From positions 49,166,001-49,230,000 of the forward strand of contig OZ024749.1 in assembly GCA_964016885.1 (NCBI GenBank): a stretch of DNA of 64,000 bases, in the 5' to 3' direction. The position numbers were made by a program, and so were the translations under genes. The notes beneath the pieces were generated by a model. That model had not been told where the DNA came from. It saw only the letters and a list, made by a program, of their open reading frames with translations, and ran no database searches. The stretch is from Eledone cirrhosa. Lineage: Eukaryota. Numbering within the stretch: the stretch's first letter is position 1; the number at the start of each line of letters is the position of its first letter. Positions 14,638 to 31,876 of this stretch are shown piece by piece.

Positions 14638-16189
14638 GTTGAATATCGAATTATTACATTATTATCGGAAGGGAATAAAGAAATACAAAGAGTTTTTTCT
14701 CGCCAAAATAACCTTTGTTTGTTCATTTTCGGTAATTGTTTTATCGATATCGGAAAATCAAGGTTGAGATTGGCGTGATATGAAATTGAACATTAAATGC
14801 GGAAAGTAATATAATGTCAGCTATCTTGCCATTCTTTCACTCCTTTCCAAACGTACGATGTGCTAAAAATATTTGCAAACCTCGTATACATTCCAACCTC
14901 ACCCACTTCATAATAATTGGGCACACTGGATAAGATAGTCCTAGGTATGGCATTATTGATTATTTAGGGATACAGACGTACTTATATGAACATGAATTCA
15001 TCGTGGCTAGATAACTTTCAGTTATGCTTACATCCCTTTCAGGATTGCCATGGAGGAGAAATCAACAACAATAACAACAACCTAAAAATTCCAGCGTGTC
15101 TGGGTGCCATTAGGCAGTCGCTTATCTTGCTCCCAACAGCAGACAAACTATTTACACGTCACAATTTATATTCGTAGAGAATGAAAGACACATAGAAAAG
15201 CCATACTTTATGGACGCTGCTTGAAGACATTTGTTCATAATTCAGCTCAACAATATTTGACGTTAGACTGAAGAACAGTATCACCAGCAGAGGCAGCAGT
15301 GACAGCAGCAGCATCACCAGTACCACCTCCCCCACCACAGCCATCAGCAACAATAACAAAATAATCACAGCACCACAAAAAAAAAAACAACAACACAAAT
15401 AATCGTAGACATATATACACAATCCATAATATTCATTTAAATGACGCTTAGTTCTTATGTGATACGTTAAGTGGATGTGTGTGATATATATTTCCCTGAG
15501 AAGACAGCAACATATCTTAAGTAATGGATACCATTGCTATATATACTTAAAGCCAGGTTTAACTAAAGTATCACTTCCAAAACATCTGCTATATGTTCAT
15601 TCCACTCAGACATATTTAGAATAGAACCTAAGGTAGAATGCCCTATTTTCCTATATATTTTCTTCTAAAATACGCGAAGTATTCTTCCTACGATCACAAA
15701 TATATTGGGCAAAAAAAAAAAAAGAAGAAATACAATGAACAGCTATACTTGGCGTTGCTCGAGTTTATTAATAAATCAAATAAATATAATCACACGAATT
15801 CAGTAATTGTAGATAGAATGCTTTAAATCAAATTCTGATAATCCTCGATTCATCCAGGAATGTTGATTCAATCAGAATAGTTTTACGACTGTGCAATTCA
15901 GAAGATTGTTTAAGTTAAACTCCATTAGCATGAACAGCGAACCCACGAATAGAGTACACAGAATAAGTAGGTATGCTTCCTCTCCAGCATCCATAATAAT
16001 TTACTTACCTGCTCTAAATTACTTTACTTTATATGCACGAAACTTTCGATTATTTAGTATTAAGAAAAAAAAGAAAAGAACGAGAGAGAAAACGATAGTC
16101 ACAGTGAATATGCTCTTTAACATGAAAGGACGTGCTTTGCAGTAAAATCCAATACATAGGTGCTAATAACTTAATTACCCACACTTTCT

Positions 16190-16260
16190 ACGTGCTGTAT
16201 TCAAGTCCTGCTGAGATCAACTTTAATTTTCTGCCCTTAATCATCGGTAAAATATACTCC
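16190..16260 (+). mobile_element. Highly degenerate SINE fragment
   Basis: TTCAAGTCCTGCTGAGATCAACTTT resembles consensus TTCAAATCCCGCCGAGGTTAACTTT. Confidence 0.5.
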
Positions 16261-16864
16261 TTGTTCATGACAGTGAATTGTCGGATTGATAGAACATCTG
16301 TTCCGGCACATTACATTCTAAGTTCAAATAATGCCTAGCAATTCAGATTCCAGAGATAGTCAGCGTAATCACTCTCCTACGGGACAACGTATAGAGTAGT
16401 TATACTGTCGTCTGTTAATGCAGTCGAACTACAGGCACACATATGAGGCTGATGATATTTGTACAAACAAACATTACATTTTTTTAAAAAACACTCTAAG
16501 TCATACAAATAAAGGCTAAAGTATATTAAATGGCTTTTTCTTCTCTACTAATCGGATATTTTCTTTCAGCGACTGTTTAACGAAGTGGAGCTTATATGCA
16601 TAGACTTCTCAACATATTGTTGTACTGCTTAAAATACGGCACCAGCCCCTTGTTGCTTGTATAATTTGTCATTAGTAGACGTATTGTTGTCTTTAAACTT
16701 GTTTTATTGCTAATATCGTGCTTCGGTTTGTATTGCCTTTTCTTTCTTATTGTTTTACTTCTTTACATTTGTTATCCCCCCCCCCCCACGTATATATATA
16801 TATTTGATATATCTCATATGAAATGATACAGCTCATGAATATATATATATACAGTATATACATA

Positions 16865-17243
16865 TTTTGGATATCACCTTTAGTGTACACCCATGGCTTA
16901 GGCCCCGTGCTATCCGCCCACGACATGAATCTCACACATAACAACAACACGGGACATTTATTTCACCTCAATTAGCCCTGCACCCTTTAACATTACACCA
17001 AAGCCCATCAAAGCATGGAAAGACCCTACCAAGTTCAAGAAGTCTTTGGATAAATTCCTTCAAGATATCCCGGATAAGCCTACTACACCCGAATATGCCT
17101 CTGTACACAATAACTCTCTGCTCTAGTGGGCCATGGATTCCAAACACTGATTTGTAACACGTCACAAGGTGGTGCTATTATGTTAGACATTGCCTGGGCC
17201 GATACTAGCCGAAAACCTATCAACGTTATAAAAGTTAGGTTAC
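16865..17243 (+). mobile_element. Diverged 3' end of the CR1/L2-group LINE (older or sister subfamily)
   Basis: Colinear with ~395..775 (GGCCCCGTGCTATCCG, TTTCACCTCAAT, TTCAAGAAGTCTTTGGA, GGTGGTGCTATTA.GTTAGACAT); ends at (TA)n. Confidence 0.88.
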
Positions 17244-18624
<1,381 letters not shown>

Positions 18625-18664
18625 ATAATATAAGATCAAAAGATGGTTAAAGGAGTTCCATATA

Positions 18665-18731
18665 TTTTATTATGCGCATTTCAAAAACAAACATCATCAA
18701 ACAATAATATTTGTGTTTTCATCAGATAAAA
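18665..18731 (-). ncRNA. Type I hammerhead ribozyme (left arm of family A)
   Basis: Reverse complement of 18850..18916. Confidence 0.85.
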
Positions 18732-18849
18732 CAGGAGAACATGATATGAAGGCTAAAAAACACTTGTTGATAGTGCAGTTTTAAATCAACACAGTTTTAA
18801 AACTGCACTATCAACAAGTATTTTTTAGCCTTCATATCATGTTCTCCTG

Positions 18850-18916
18850 TTTTATCTGATGAAAACACAAATATTATTGTTTGATGATGTTTGTTTTTGA
18901 AATGCGCATAATAAAA
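18850..18916 (+). ncRNA. Type I hammerhead ribozyme with palindromic minimal stem III (Penelope-type)
   Basis: TTTTAT [CTGATGA] 16-position stem II (15 paired, 3 G-U, 4-nt loop) [GAAA] TGCGCA [TA] ATAAAA. Confidence 0.88.
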
Positions 18917-19042
18917 TATATGGAACTCCTTTAACCATCTTTTGATCTTATATTATGCCTACTCCAGTCCCACAAACTGTAGAGTGCTTCTTATCCGATA
19001 TCAGCATTGCTTTATTGTACTACAATAAAACTCACCTCCTAC

Positions 19043-19124
<82 letters not shown>

Positions 19125-19132
19125 CATGTATA

Positions 19133-19169
<37 letters not shown>

Positions 19170-19170
19170 C

Positions 19171-19247
<77 letters not shown>

Positions 19248-19258
19248 CATGTATATGC

Positions 19259-19290
<32 letters not shown>

Positions 19291-19319
19291 CATATATATA
19301 CATATATATATCTATATAG

Positions 19320-19350
<31 letters not shown>

Positions 19351-19353
<3 letters not shown>

Positions 19354-19730
19354 TTGTTATACAATGGGAGGGTCATGTTGCCAATAAGAAACACACGCAC
19401 CAATGCTTTCACTTCAATTTATTATAGTACATTTATAAATTTAGGAATTTATAACTTTCCCGTTGGTTGGTTCCACAACCAGATGGTTGTTTATATATTG
19501 TCAATGTTCTTTCGTCACACATGCTGTGACCTCTTCAGTAACTGGGTATTCTTCTCTTTGTATTCTGCGCCTCTCCTTTGTTCTGTCCTACGCCATCTGC
19601 TGACGTAGGACAGAAAGCAATGGTGCGTGTGTTTCTTATTGGCAACATGACCTTCCCAAAGTATAACACTATCGGTTTCAACACACGTTTTCGGATAAAG
19701 AATCTTGCTAAACAAATTCAGAAACGAAAT
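19351..19730. mobile_element. Penelope-derived inverted terminal element (family B)
   Basis: GGTCATGTTGCCAATAAGAAACACACGCACC on the left and its reverse complement on the right; homologous to copies at 29853, 58176, 58452 and 59713; hammerhead-like motif at 19500-19542 (-). Confidence 0.85.
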
Positions 19731-19732
19731 AT

Positions 19733-19797
<65 letters not shown>

Positions 19798-19803
19798 CAT
19801 ACT

Positions 19804-19844
<41 letters not shown>

Positions 19845-20004
19845 ATATAAATATATATATATACTTTATATATATATATATATATATATAAAGTATATAT
19901 ATTTATATTTATATATATATATATACTTTATATATATATATATATATAAATATAAATATATATACTTTATATATATATATATATATATAAATATAAATAT
20001 ATAT

Positions 20005-20060
<56 letters not shown>

Positions 20061-20063
20061 TAT

Positions 20064-20097
<34 letters not shown>

Positions 20098-20580
20098 TTT
20101 TTTTTAATACATATATATACCAACATAAATACATATACATGTCTGTGTATGTGTGAATGTCTATATCGGTGGTTGTGTTTACGTGTGGCCCACAGCTAGC
20201 GCTAATATAAACATAGCACGGCTCGTTTCGAGTATGTAGGCGTCTTGGAGGGAGATTAATTGTGTTTACAAATGAAAGTCGGAGGTGAGCGGAATTGTTC
20301 TTTGAAGAAAAAATAGTCAGTCGCCTGTAGCATAGGAAACCGCCAGCCATATGGGGCAAGTAGTATAGATAGTATACACAGTATATTGTAGTAGTAGTCG
20401 TGGTGGTGGTAGTATTTTTATGTTGGTGGTGGTCTATCAACCAGACAGTTCATCAGTGAAGAGAGAGATGGGATATACTTTTAAGTAATCTATTAATATA
20501 AGAATACAACTGAAAATTATGTTTAAGCATATAGGTAGTGTATGATGTGAAGTAAGGTCTTCCATAACTCGTATTTCATA

Positions 20581-20790
20581 TAATTGTTTCTACTTTCTAG
20601 ACAAGGACAGCAATTACCTCATTGCATTACTCGTACTTTATATTATCGACCCTGTAAGGAAGAAAGATAAAGTTAACCTCGGCAGGATTTGAACGCTATT
20701 TCAAATAATTATTTCTACTTTTGGCACAAAGCCGACAATTATCCCAGTGCAATACTGGTACTTTATTTTATCAACCTCGTAAGGATAAAA
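20581..20790 (-). mobile_element. Two adjacent 5'-truncated SINE copies
   Basis: SINE 3' halves at about 20581-20695 and 20704-20790. Confidence 0.8.
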
Positions 20791-20893
20791 ATGGAAATGT
20801 CATGCTGAATATATTGCTCAAATAGTAACTGATAAATTATGCGCCAGCAATATACTTATTACGACTGTATTCTAGTGTGCGTGTGTGTGTGTA

Positions 20894-20934
<41 letters not shown>

Positions 20935-21170
20935 ACGGGGTAACAAATAATAGTTATATCCAGTCCCCTTAGGTGTAGTCCATTTATAGAACTCCGGGAA
21001 GAACTGACTGGTTATAATTTTGTATTGGCGATCGAGTAACGTGAAAACAAGCGAATAGCGATCTCTAGACCTACCAGTTCAGAGAAACAATTGTCAGCAA
21101 TTAGATTAAACACCTTTTTTGTATTGCAAACCAAGTCATTCTTCTTTCCTGATTTATATATATATATATA

Positions 21171-21370
21171 ACAAAGGAATTGTGGTAAGGAACCAGATGG
21201 ACCATAACGCACCAGAGTACTCAATACTTAGGGTAGTTTGAGTGGGATATAGGGAACACGTATGACCCGACGGTAGAGCTCAAGCCGTTTCGACGGCTAT
21301 TTCTGAGTCCAGAAATAGCCGTCGAAATCGCTTGATCTCTGCCGTTGGGGTCATACTATTTTCCGTATAT
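21171..21370. mobile_element. Palindromic mini-element (family C) with ~60-bp arms and a ~75-bp unique extension on the left
   Basis: 21247-21305 and 21310-21370 are inverted and homologous to 13168-13226; TA runs at both outer borders. Confidence 0.78.
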
Positions 21371-21526
21371 ATATATATATATATAGTAATAAGAATATTT
21401 ATATTTATATATGTTTAATACAACTATAAATAATGAGGGTAGTACAAATTACTAGCTGATTACCGGGAAAAACAATTGTCAGCAAATAAATGTTCTAAAC
21501 TAAAATTTGATCGTTTTAACACTTTC

Positions 21527-22152
<626 letters not shown>

Positions 22153-22154
22153 CA

Positions 22155-22530
22155 GATTCCACTCCAGGGTGACTTGGAGTCTGCAGGGCGCCTAGTGTCC
22201 GAATGTAAGTCCTAAGACATGATATCACTAGTACAGCCTGCGACTAACCCACGTTCTGCTTGACGTCGAGCTGAGGAGGCCAAACTCCTCAAATACCGGC
22301 CACTCTCCGACAGGTTTACGGTTGTAACTCTTGGAAGTGGAGACTTATGGTGTCTTCGGCCATAGGGCTACCTCGCTACTCATCACCATAGGCGTTGAGC
22401 TGGCCAGACCTGGGTGTGAGCCCCGCGAGTTGGAGTGGCTTTTCCAGTGTATCTCCTTTGTCGTCCTCCGGGGAAACGCCTTCTCCATGCTGTCCGCCGG
22501 GGCTGTGGGAGACAAGCCGGTTATATTACA
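22155..22530 (+). mobile_element. 3' fragment of a CRE-type non-LTR retrotransposon (restriction-like endonuclease C-terminus)
   Basis: Frameshifted translation RRAEEAKLLKYRPLSDRFTVVTLG/VETYGVFGHRATSLLITIG...EPRELEWLFQCISFVVLRGNAFSML matches the CRE RLE pattern AE..K..KY......F.P..VET.G.WG...FL.QRIS.A.QRGNA. Confidence 0.8.
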
Positions 22531-23581
22531 CATTCTGTTGAATATTCCTATATATTGTGTAGTCACCTACTTTTATATATCTGCTCAATAGGCCAAACAG
22601 ACAGGAATTGCCACTAAACAAACTGTTTAGTCGCTTCTTAAAATATCGCCGAATGAACAGTCACCAACTAGAGATATGATTGTCAGTTATAAACATATGA
22701 AAAAAAAAAGATTTAAACAAACATAGGTGTGTTTTAAAGAGGGGCAGATCTGGCTGTAAAGGAAAGTCGAATAAAGGACTATAAATGTCATAAATGAGAG
22801 GGAAAAGCAAGTACTATTCGACCACGGAAGAATGGGAGGGGGAAATGGTAAGGCTGATGGCCTCTATGCCAGCAACGTGGCAGAGTTTTGGCTGCAAAAC
22901 TCGTGGACGAATATGCAAAGTCATTACCTCGGACACTGCCTTGCGACACTTGCAGCAACAGTCACCCACCCATGGGGCTCATTCTTTATACGGGTCTAGG
23001 ACCTTCTGATTTTATGAAGGGTGATTTTATGATTTTGTACGGTGACATATTGCCTATGATTTTAATTAGTTTGATAATGATACAAAGTATATCGATGTTC
23101 AAATATTTTTTCTCGGGATCTGAAGAAAGAAATCAATGCGACTGACATATTTTATGCGATTATATTAAGGTCCTTTCATAAAAGAGTCACAGCTGGGCAC
23201 ACCATTCACAGGAGACACACGAATGAAGTTAATTAAGTAAATTTCACATCAACATATAACTTCAAGCGTTAGTGGTATATAGCGGGATTGAGATGAATAT
23301 ATGTCAAAGTGGTCTTTGAAAGTCACATTGTACTACACAAAAACCTACTGGACAATAAATATAAATAAGCAAGTGATATATGAATTCTGAAATAAAAAAA
23401 AGAATGCCATCTTAAGCGAAGGTAAATAACTCTAGAATAGGTTCCAGTTTCGTATGACACACTAATAGCTGGACCAAACTACTAACATAGAAACTTAGAT
23501 TTGGAACATAAAGTAATGGATGTTTACAAATCCTACATAAATGATATTCACGAAGTCACAAACATTATATAACATGGCAAT

Positions 23582-23900
23582 AGGGCGGTGGAATGGCAGT
23601 ATAGGTAGAGTGTCGGACGCCATGCTATGCATCAAAAGAGTTATGGCCCTTTATGGTCTGAATTCAAATCCACCCGATGTTAACTTTGCTTTTCATCCTT
23701 ACGGAGTCGATAACATAAAGTACCATTAATACACTGGTATAATTGCTGGTATAAATGGGCAATCATTCTTATGTTTGCAAAATATTGCCAATATATTTGC
23801 AAGTTTATGGCTGCATTAACTGACTTACAGGGCCGATATAATAAAGTAACAGTAATACACTGGGATAATTGCTGGCGTTGTGCCAAAAGTAGAAACAAGT
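23582..23900 (+). mobile_element. SINE copy whose 3' part is locally duplicated with flank
   Basis: Head at 23582; body to ~23749; second SINE 3' part at ~23827-23900. Confidence 0.85.
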
Positions 23901-25367
23901 ATATGACATGAATATAACATAGGATCAAATGAGCAATCATTATTATATTTGCAAAATATTGCAAATCGATTTGCAAGTTTATGTCTGTATTAACTGACTT
24001 GATAAATCTAACCGATGATTACTTGTCATTTACTGGAATAAAAAAAAAACGCCAATCTTTACGTTCAAATATTCAGTGGAGAAGGATAAAACGAATTGAC
24101 AGCAGTTTCTTGTAGGAGTGTACTAAGGAAAAAATTACATCACACATCATACGTATGAAAAGATCTGTCTAGAGATTGTCAATGTTTTCATAGTTTCAAA
24201 GGAAACAGCGAACACTTTGCGATAGAATTCGCAAAAGTCAAATGGATCGTGTATGTAATGTTTTGAGTATAACTGTCGTTTTTTCAATATACCTAAAAAA
24301 AAAAAAGTTTTTGTTTACGATTACCTAAAAAAGGGGGAATATCTAGAAAACCAGATAGAAATAGAAGAAAAAAACAGAAATAAATGAAAATGTGCAAAAA
24401 ATGCTAGAGGCTTTTTCGATATCATAAGAAAAATAGAATATATTACTAGATGTCTTGAAAGATAAAGGATGAAAACTCATTAGAAACGAAAATAGGTGTC
24501 TGTCAGAAATATAAGCTTACAAAGCTGTAACTTTAAGAACATATTCTTGTATTAATATATAGTATATTCTTCTGAAGAAAATATGTGTGATTTCTTTTTT
24601 GTAATTATCTCTCAAAAGAATATTACAATTACAAAGACCAGACTCGAACAGCCAGATGACTCCCAATATACCAGCTAATGGAATATTAACTATTCTAACG
24701 CATTATCTTTGAAGATATTGCTTACATTCGGATGTATGTACCGGACCGCAGAAGATGGTGAGTATACCGTCATGGTTTTAGAGATTTATTTTGATTAAAA
24801 TCTGTTTTAAGTTATATTGGATTAAAGTGACAAATTCTTTCTTCTAATTTTCTACAACGCAGCCAAGATGTAGCTTTATTAATCCTTTCCGTTTTCACTT
24901 TATCATTTATATTTGTTATTCTCAAAGTTACCGAGACAAACATTTCACATTTGATGACATGAGTGAAGGTTAGTATCTAGCATTGAAAAGATGCCAATTG
25001 AACTTTTATATTTACACGGTGCTTAAAATATCAGTAAGAATGTATATATATATATATATTTATATATATTTCACGTGATAGTGTCCCCATCTGCCTTCCC
25101 GGGACTCTTTTACACGATGCTGACCTGTTTCGAAAATTTATATGAGGTATTCTCTTGATAAGTAGGCAAATCTCACAAAAATACTACATCTCTATAATAT
25201 AAGATTTTTGCAAAGCAGCCGCGAAACTGTACAGTCGAGAATGAGGAGAAACAATAGGTATTTATTTATCTATTATTGTCTGATGTTTATTCTTTCTTTA
25301 TAATATATTATATAGCTCTGATAGAGAGTCACTTTAATTCATTCCGATTATTCTGTCCCTCTTAATC

Positions 25368-26640
<1,273 letters not shown>

Positions 26641-26804
26641 GATAATTTAATATATCAACTAACATAGGCGTACAGATGTACGTCCATGCCAGCAAATACA
26701 CAGGTTATGTCATAGTACCTAGGTGGTTCAATGCAGGAGGGTGCAGAACAATAATATAAAAGACGTAAAATAAGAAAATATCTTTTAAAAAAATTTAAAA
26801 AAAT

Positions 26805-26821
26805 TTTTTTACTTACTTACT

Positions 26822-26874
<53 letters not shown>

Positions 26875-26886
26875 GCATACATATAA

Positions 26887-26918
<32 letters not shown>

Positions 26919-27009
26919 ATATGCATACATATAAATATATATATATATATATACAGATACATATATATATATATATATACATACATATATATCTAATTTT
27001 TTACTTACT

Positions 27010-27060
<51 letters not shown>

Positions 27061-27072
27061 GCATACATATAA

Positions 27073-27104
<32 letters not shown>

Positions 27105-27217
27105 ATATGCATACATATAAATATATATATATATATATACAGATACATATATATATATATATATACATACATATATATCTATACACATATATATATATAT
27201 ACACATATATATATATA
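26805..27217. repeat. Tandem duplication (~185-bp unit) of a TA-rich block
   Basis: The sequence TTTTTTACTTACTTAC...ATGCATAC...ACAGATAC...ATCT occurs twice in order. Confidence 0.85.
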
Positions 27218-27770
27218 TGGTGGCTGCCAACTCGTTTTCGAGTACGGCCACTACTTAATATCCATGTAGGAGAACCCCTACCGATGCGCTGAACGAATGT
27301 GACTTTTTAGTCCAGCCAGCGACTTGAAAACTCTGGTACGAACACTACACTTGTGACAATTATTGACACATAGTGCTGGGCCCATGGCACCATGTGATGA
27401 CAAGTGCAGAGAGATCTCCAGATATAAAGCAATGCCTGCGCTGTGAAGCTTTTATAGTGAGCAAAGGCACTGCACAAAGCCAGTCCCACTCTCTTAACCA
27501 AGATGATATTTACCAAAAACAAGAACAAGTCAACATCATTGGATACCATCAGGGTTGCAGGTGTTATATCAGAGTTTTCCTTCTCCTAGAATTCTGCCTT
27601 GACAAAGGCTATGGGGTCATCTCTCCCAGTGATTTTGGATGGCTATTGAGTCTTAAGAGCTCCCTTGCCCTTTGACAGGTTTTGTTTTTAGTCCTGCAGG
27701 ATGTCCAAAGTCACCCTCCTCACCAAGAAACTTTGGTGGGGTTGCCAGTTTAGTCGCCAACGATCCGATG
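27218..27770 (-). mobile_element. GC-richer insertion within (TA)n, probably RTE-like 5' UTR-derived or non-autonomous repeat
   Basis: Sharp TA boundaries on both sides; minus strand has CTAGGAGAAGGAAAACTCTGA, a motif recalled from RTE-clade 5' UTRs; no convincing ORF. Confidence 0.4.
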
Positions 27771-29080
<1,310 letters not shown>

Positions 29081-29852
29081 TTTATACCTAAATAAAATGT
29101 AGAAGTGGCTGATGAAAGTAAACAATCAGACTCTATTCCCGGTTGATATTTTAATGTCACTTCTAGTACACAGCTGCTTCAGTGATCCTGTAGTGGGACA
29201 TTTTGAGACTTGAAATGAACAATGCTATTTTCACAGACAAACTTCCTTGTTTCCATCGAAACATATTTTGTAATTCCAGAAGAAAAAAAATAGAAATAGA
29301 CTCTGGGCAATGTTCAGTAATACGTCCTCGTATATATTTTCCCCAAAGATATAACTTCTGTTTACTGAAGAAAGTATAAAACTTTTTTTTGTAACAGCTA
29401 TGATTGATCGAAGGAAAAAGTGAAGTTGATATTCCGTTGTAGATATCAGAAGAAAGTGACTTTTGGAAGCTAGTTCGAAGTGCAAATATATTAGAGCAAA
29501 AATATCAAAGCAATAATATTGCAGTGAATGAACAACAATGCTCCCAGAGAATATAATTGTGAAATATATCCACTAGCTTTAATGGGAATTTATTAATTTG
29601 TATTAGGGAAATAGTGTCAGGAAAACTGAATGCAATTAGTCATTCGATAATCGGATACAGCTCGTGTGCTAAAATATGAAAAAAAAAAGGTAATAAAAGT
29701 GTGTTTTAATTTTTTTAGGGACACCTGGACAGCTGGATCCGGATCCAGAATCTTTTCATATTACAAACTCTATTGTTCCAAATATCGAGTAGTCTGGTGG
29801 GTTATGGTCTACCTGAATTTTACCACAACTCTCTTTATATATATATATATAT

Positions 29853-30422
29853 ATATTGTTATACTTTGGGAGGGTCATGTTTCCAATAAGAAACACAAGC
29901 ACCAGTCGGTTTCACTTCAATTTATTATAATAAATTTATAAATTTAGGAATTTATAAATTTCCGTTGGTTGGTTGGTTCTACAACCAGATGGTTGTTTAT
30001 ATATTGTCAAAGTTCTTTCGTCACACATGCTGTGACCTCTTCAGTGACTGGGGATTATTTTCTTTGTTTTTTGTGCCTCTCCTTTGTTCTGTCCTACGCC
30101 ATCTTGTTTTAGTATTAATATACACACAAAAACAAGATGGCGTAGGACAGAACAAAGGAGAGGCACAAACAAAAATAAAAGAATCCCCAGTCACTGAAGA
30201 GATCACATAATGTGTGACGAAAGAACTTTGACAATATATAAATAACCATCTGGTTGTGGAACCAACCACCCAACCGGAAATTTATAAATTCCTAAATTTA
30301 TAAATTTATTATAATAAATTGAAGTGAAAGCATTGGTGCGTGTGTTTCTTATTGGCAACATGACCCTCCCAAAGTATAACAATATTAAAGTATAACAATA
30401 TATAAACAAATTCAGAAACGAA

Positions 30423-30424
<2 letters not shown>
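29853..30424. mobile_element. Family B palindrome with ~255-bp inverted arms, each with a hammerhead-like motif
   Basis: Left arm 29853-~30110, right arm ~30128-30384 plus a partly deleted tail to 30424; motifs at 30006-30048 (-) and 30190-30232 (+). Confidence 0.88.
30190..30232 (+). ncRNA. Minimal hammerhead-like motif (family B)
   Basis: GTCA [CTGAAGA] GATCACA TAATG TGTGAC [GAAA] GAAC [TT] TGAC; there is one extra base before stem II and stem III is very short and non-palindromic. Confidence 0.55.
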
Positions 30425-30482
<58 letters not shown>

Positions 30483-31125
30483 CTTGCTACAATCATTTCT
30501 ATACTTTTCCTTTATATATATATACAAATTTTAGTGCAGCATTGATGAAGCTTTAGTTCGCGGCCAAGCTAACGAATGCAAATACGGTCTGTAGTTTAGC
30601 ACTCGGATGGGGAAAAGTAGCCCAGAGTAATAACAATACGTTTAGATAGCTTAGCAAATCAAATATAGCGATCGGCAGTCCAATCGCATCACCAGAGCAA
30701 CGAAAATACAGGACTCAGGAAAAGATTTTAAAACATATATATACATACATATATAATATATGAATAAATGTTCCTACTTCCTCCCGTTTGACCTGTGCGA
30801 AATTCTTTCCTTACTCACATTTCGACCAGGTCGGATGGTCTTTATTCTCTCTCGTCTACGATTTCACAGAACTTATGTTCATCGATTTCAGGGATTTGAC
30901 CCCTTCTTCCTCACTTTTCGTTGCATTAACATCTTTGTTTGTTTACTGTCTCGCTCGTTCCCCCTATTTACGTGTCTCAACGACTTTCTTTAGCCGTTGC
31001 TCGCACCAACTGGAGGTATATGGTCTTTAAAGCGATGAAATACCAATGATGGCTGGAATATGACTGATGAAGGACTAAATTTATTCATATATAACCCATC
31101 TGCAACCACGCCATGTTTTCATGTT

Positions 31126-31257
<132 letters not shown>

Positions 31258-31523
31258 GATACATCTACCAAGAGTTTACAGTAGTGTCCAATCCGTATGA
31301 AGAACTCAATGTATTCCGGATATCATGAAGACGGCATATATGTGTGTTTGGTATGTATATTTAATCTTGATAGTTTGTATAATTTTGTATAATTTTGTAC
31401 ATAGATCTGTTGAATATGCATGCCAATTCTAACACATATATATCCTAGAAACGATCGTTAAATAATGAACTTTTTTTGTTTAATATAAGGAACTGTTTCA
31501 TTGTTTTATTCATTATTTGTTTA

Positions 31524-31876
<353 letters not shown>

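Larger units (their letters stand above)
18625..19045. mobile_element. Palindromic hammerhead mini-element (family A): 161-bp inverted arms, 10-bp spacer, ~90-bp extra tail on the right arm
   Basis: 18625-18785 and 18796-18956 are reverse complements with one mismatch seen; unique tail at 18957-19045; (TA)n on both sides. Confidence 0.88.

Noticed and set aside
15030-15290. Possible RTE RT remnant or hydrophobic minus-strand ORF
   Set aside because: Only a few residues of similarity; the hydrophobicity comes from CAG/CAC/CAA repeats
24146-24293. Possible minus-strand exon after a poly-T/AG acceptor with a ~47-codon open frame
   Set aside because: No recognisable protein and no partner exons; such signals are common in AT-rich DNA
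24714-24763. Possible micro-exon ending in a strong G|GTGAGT donor
   Set aside because: Weak acceptor and no homology evidence
30534-30595. Hammerhead-like TTGATGA...CGAAT...GGTC
   Set aside because: Multiple non-compensated core mismatches and poor stems
31062-31110. CTGATGAAGG motif
   Set aside because: No downstream stem II/GAAA
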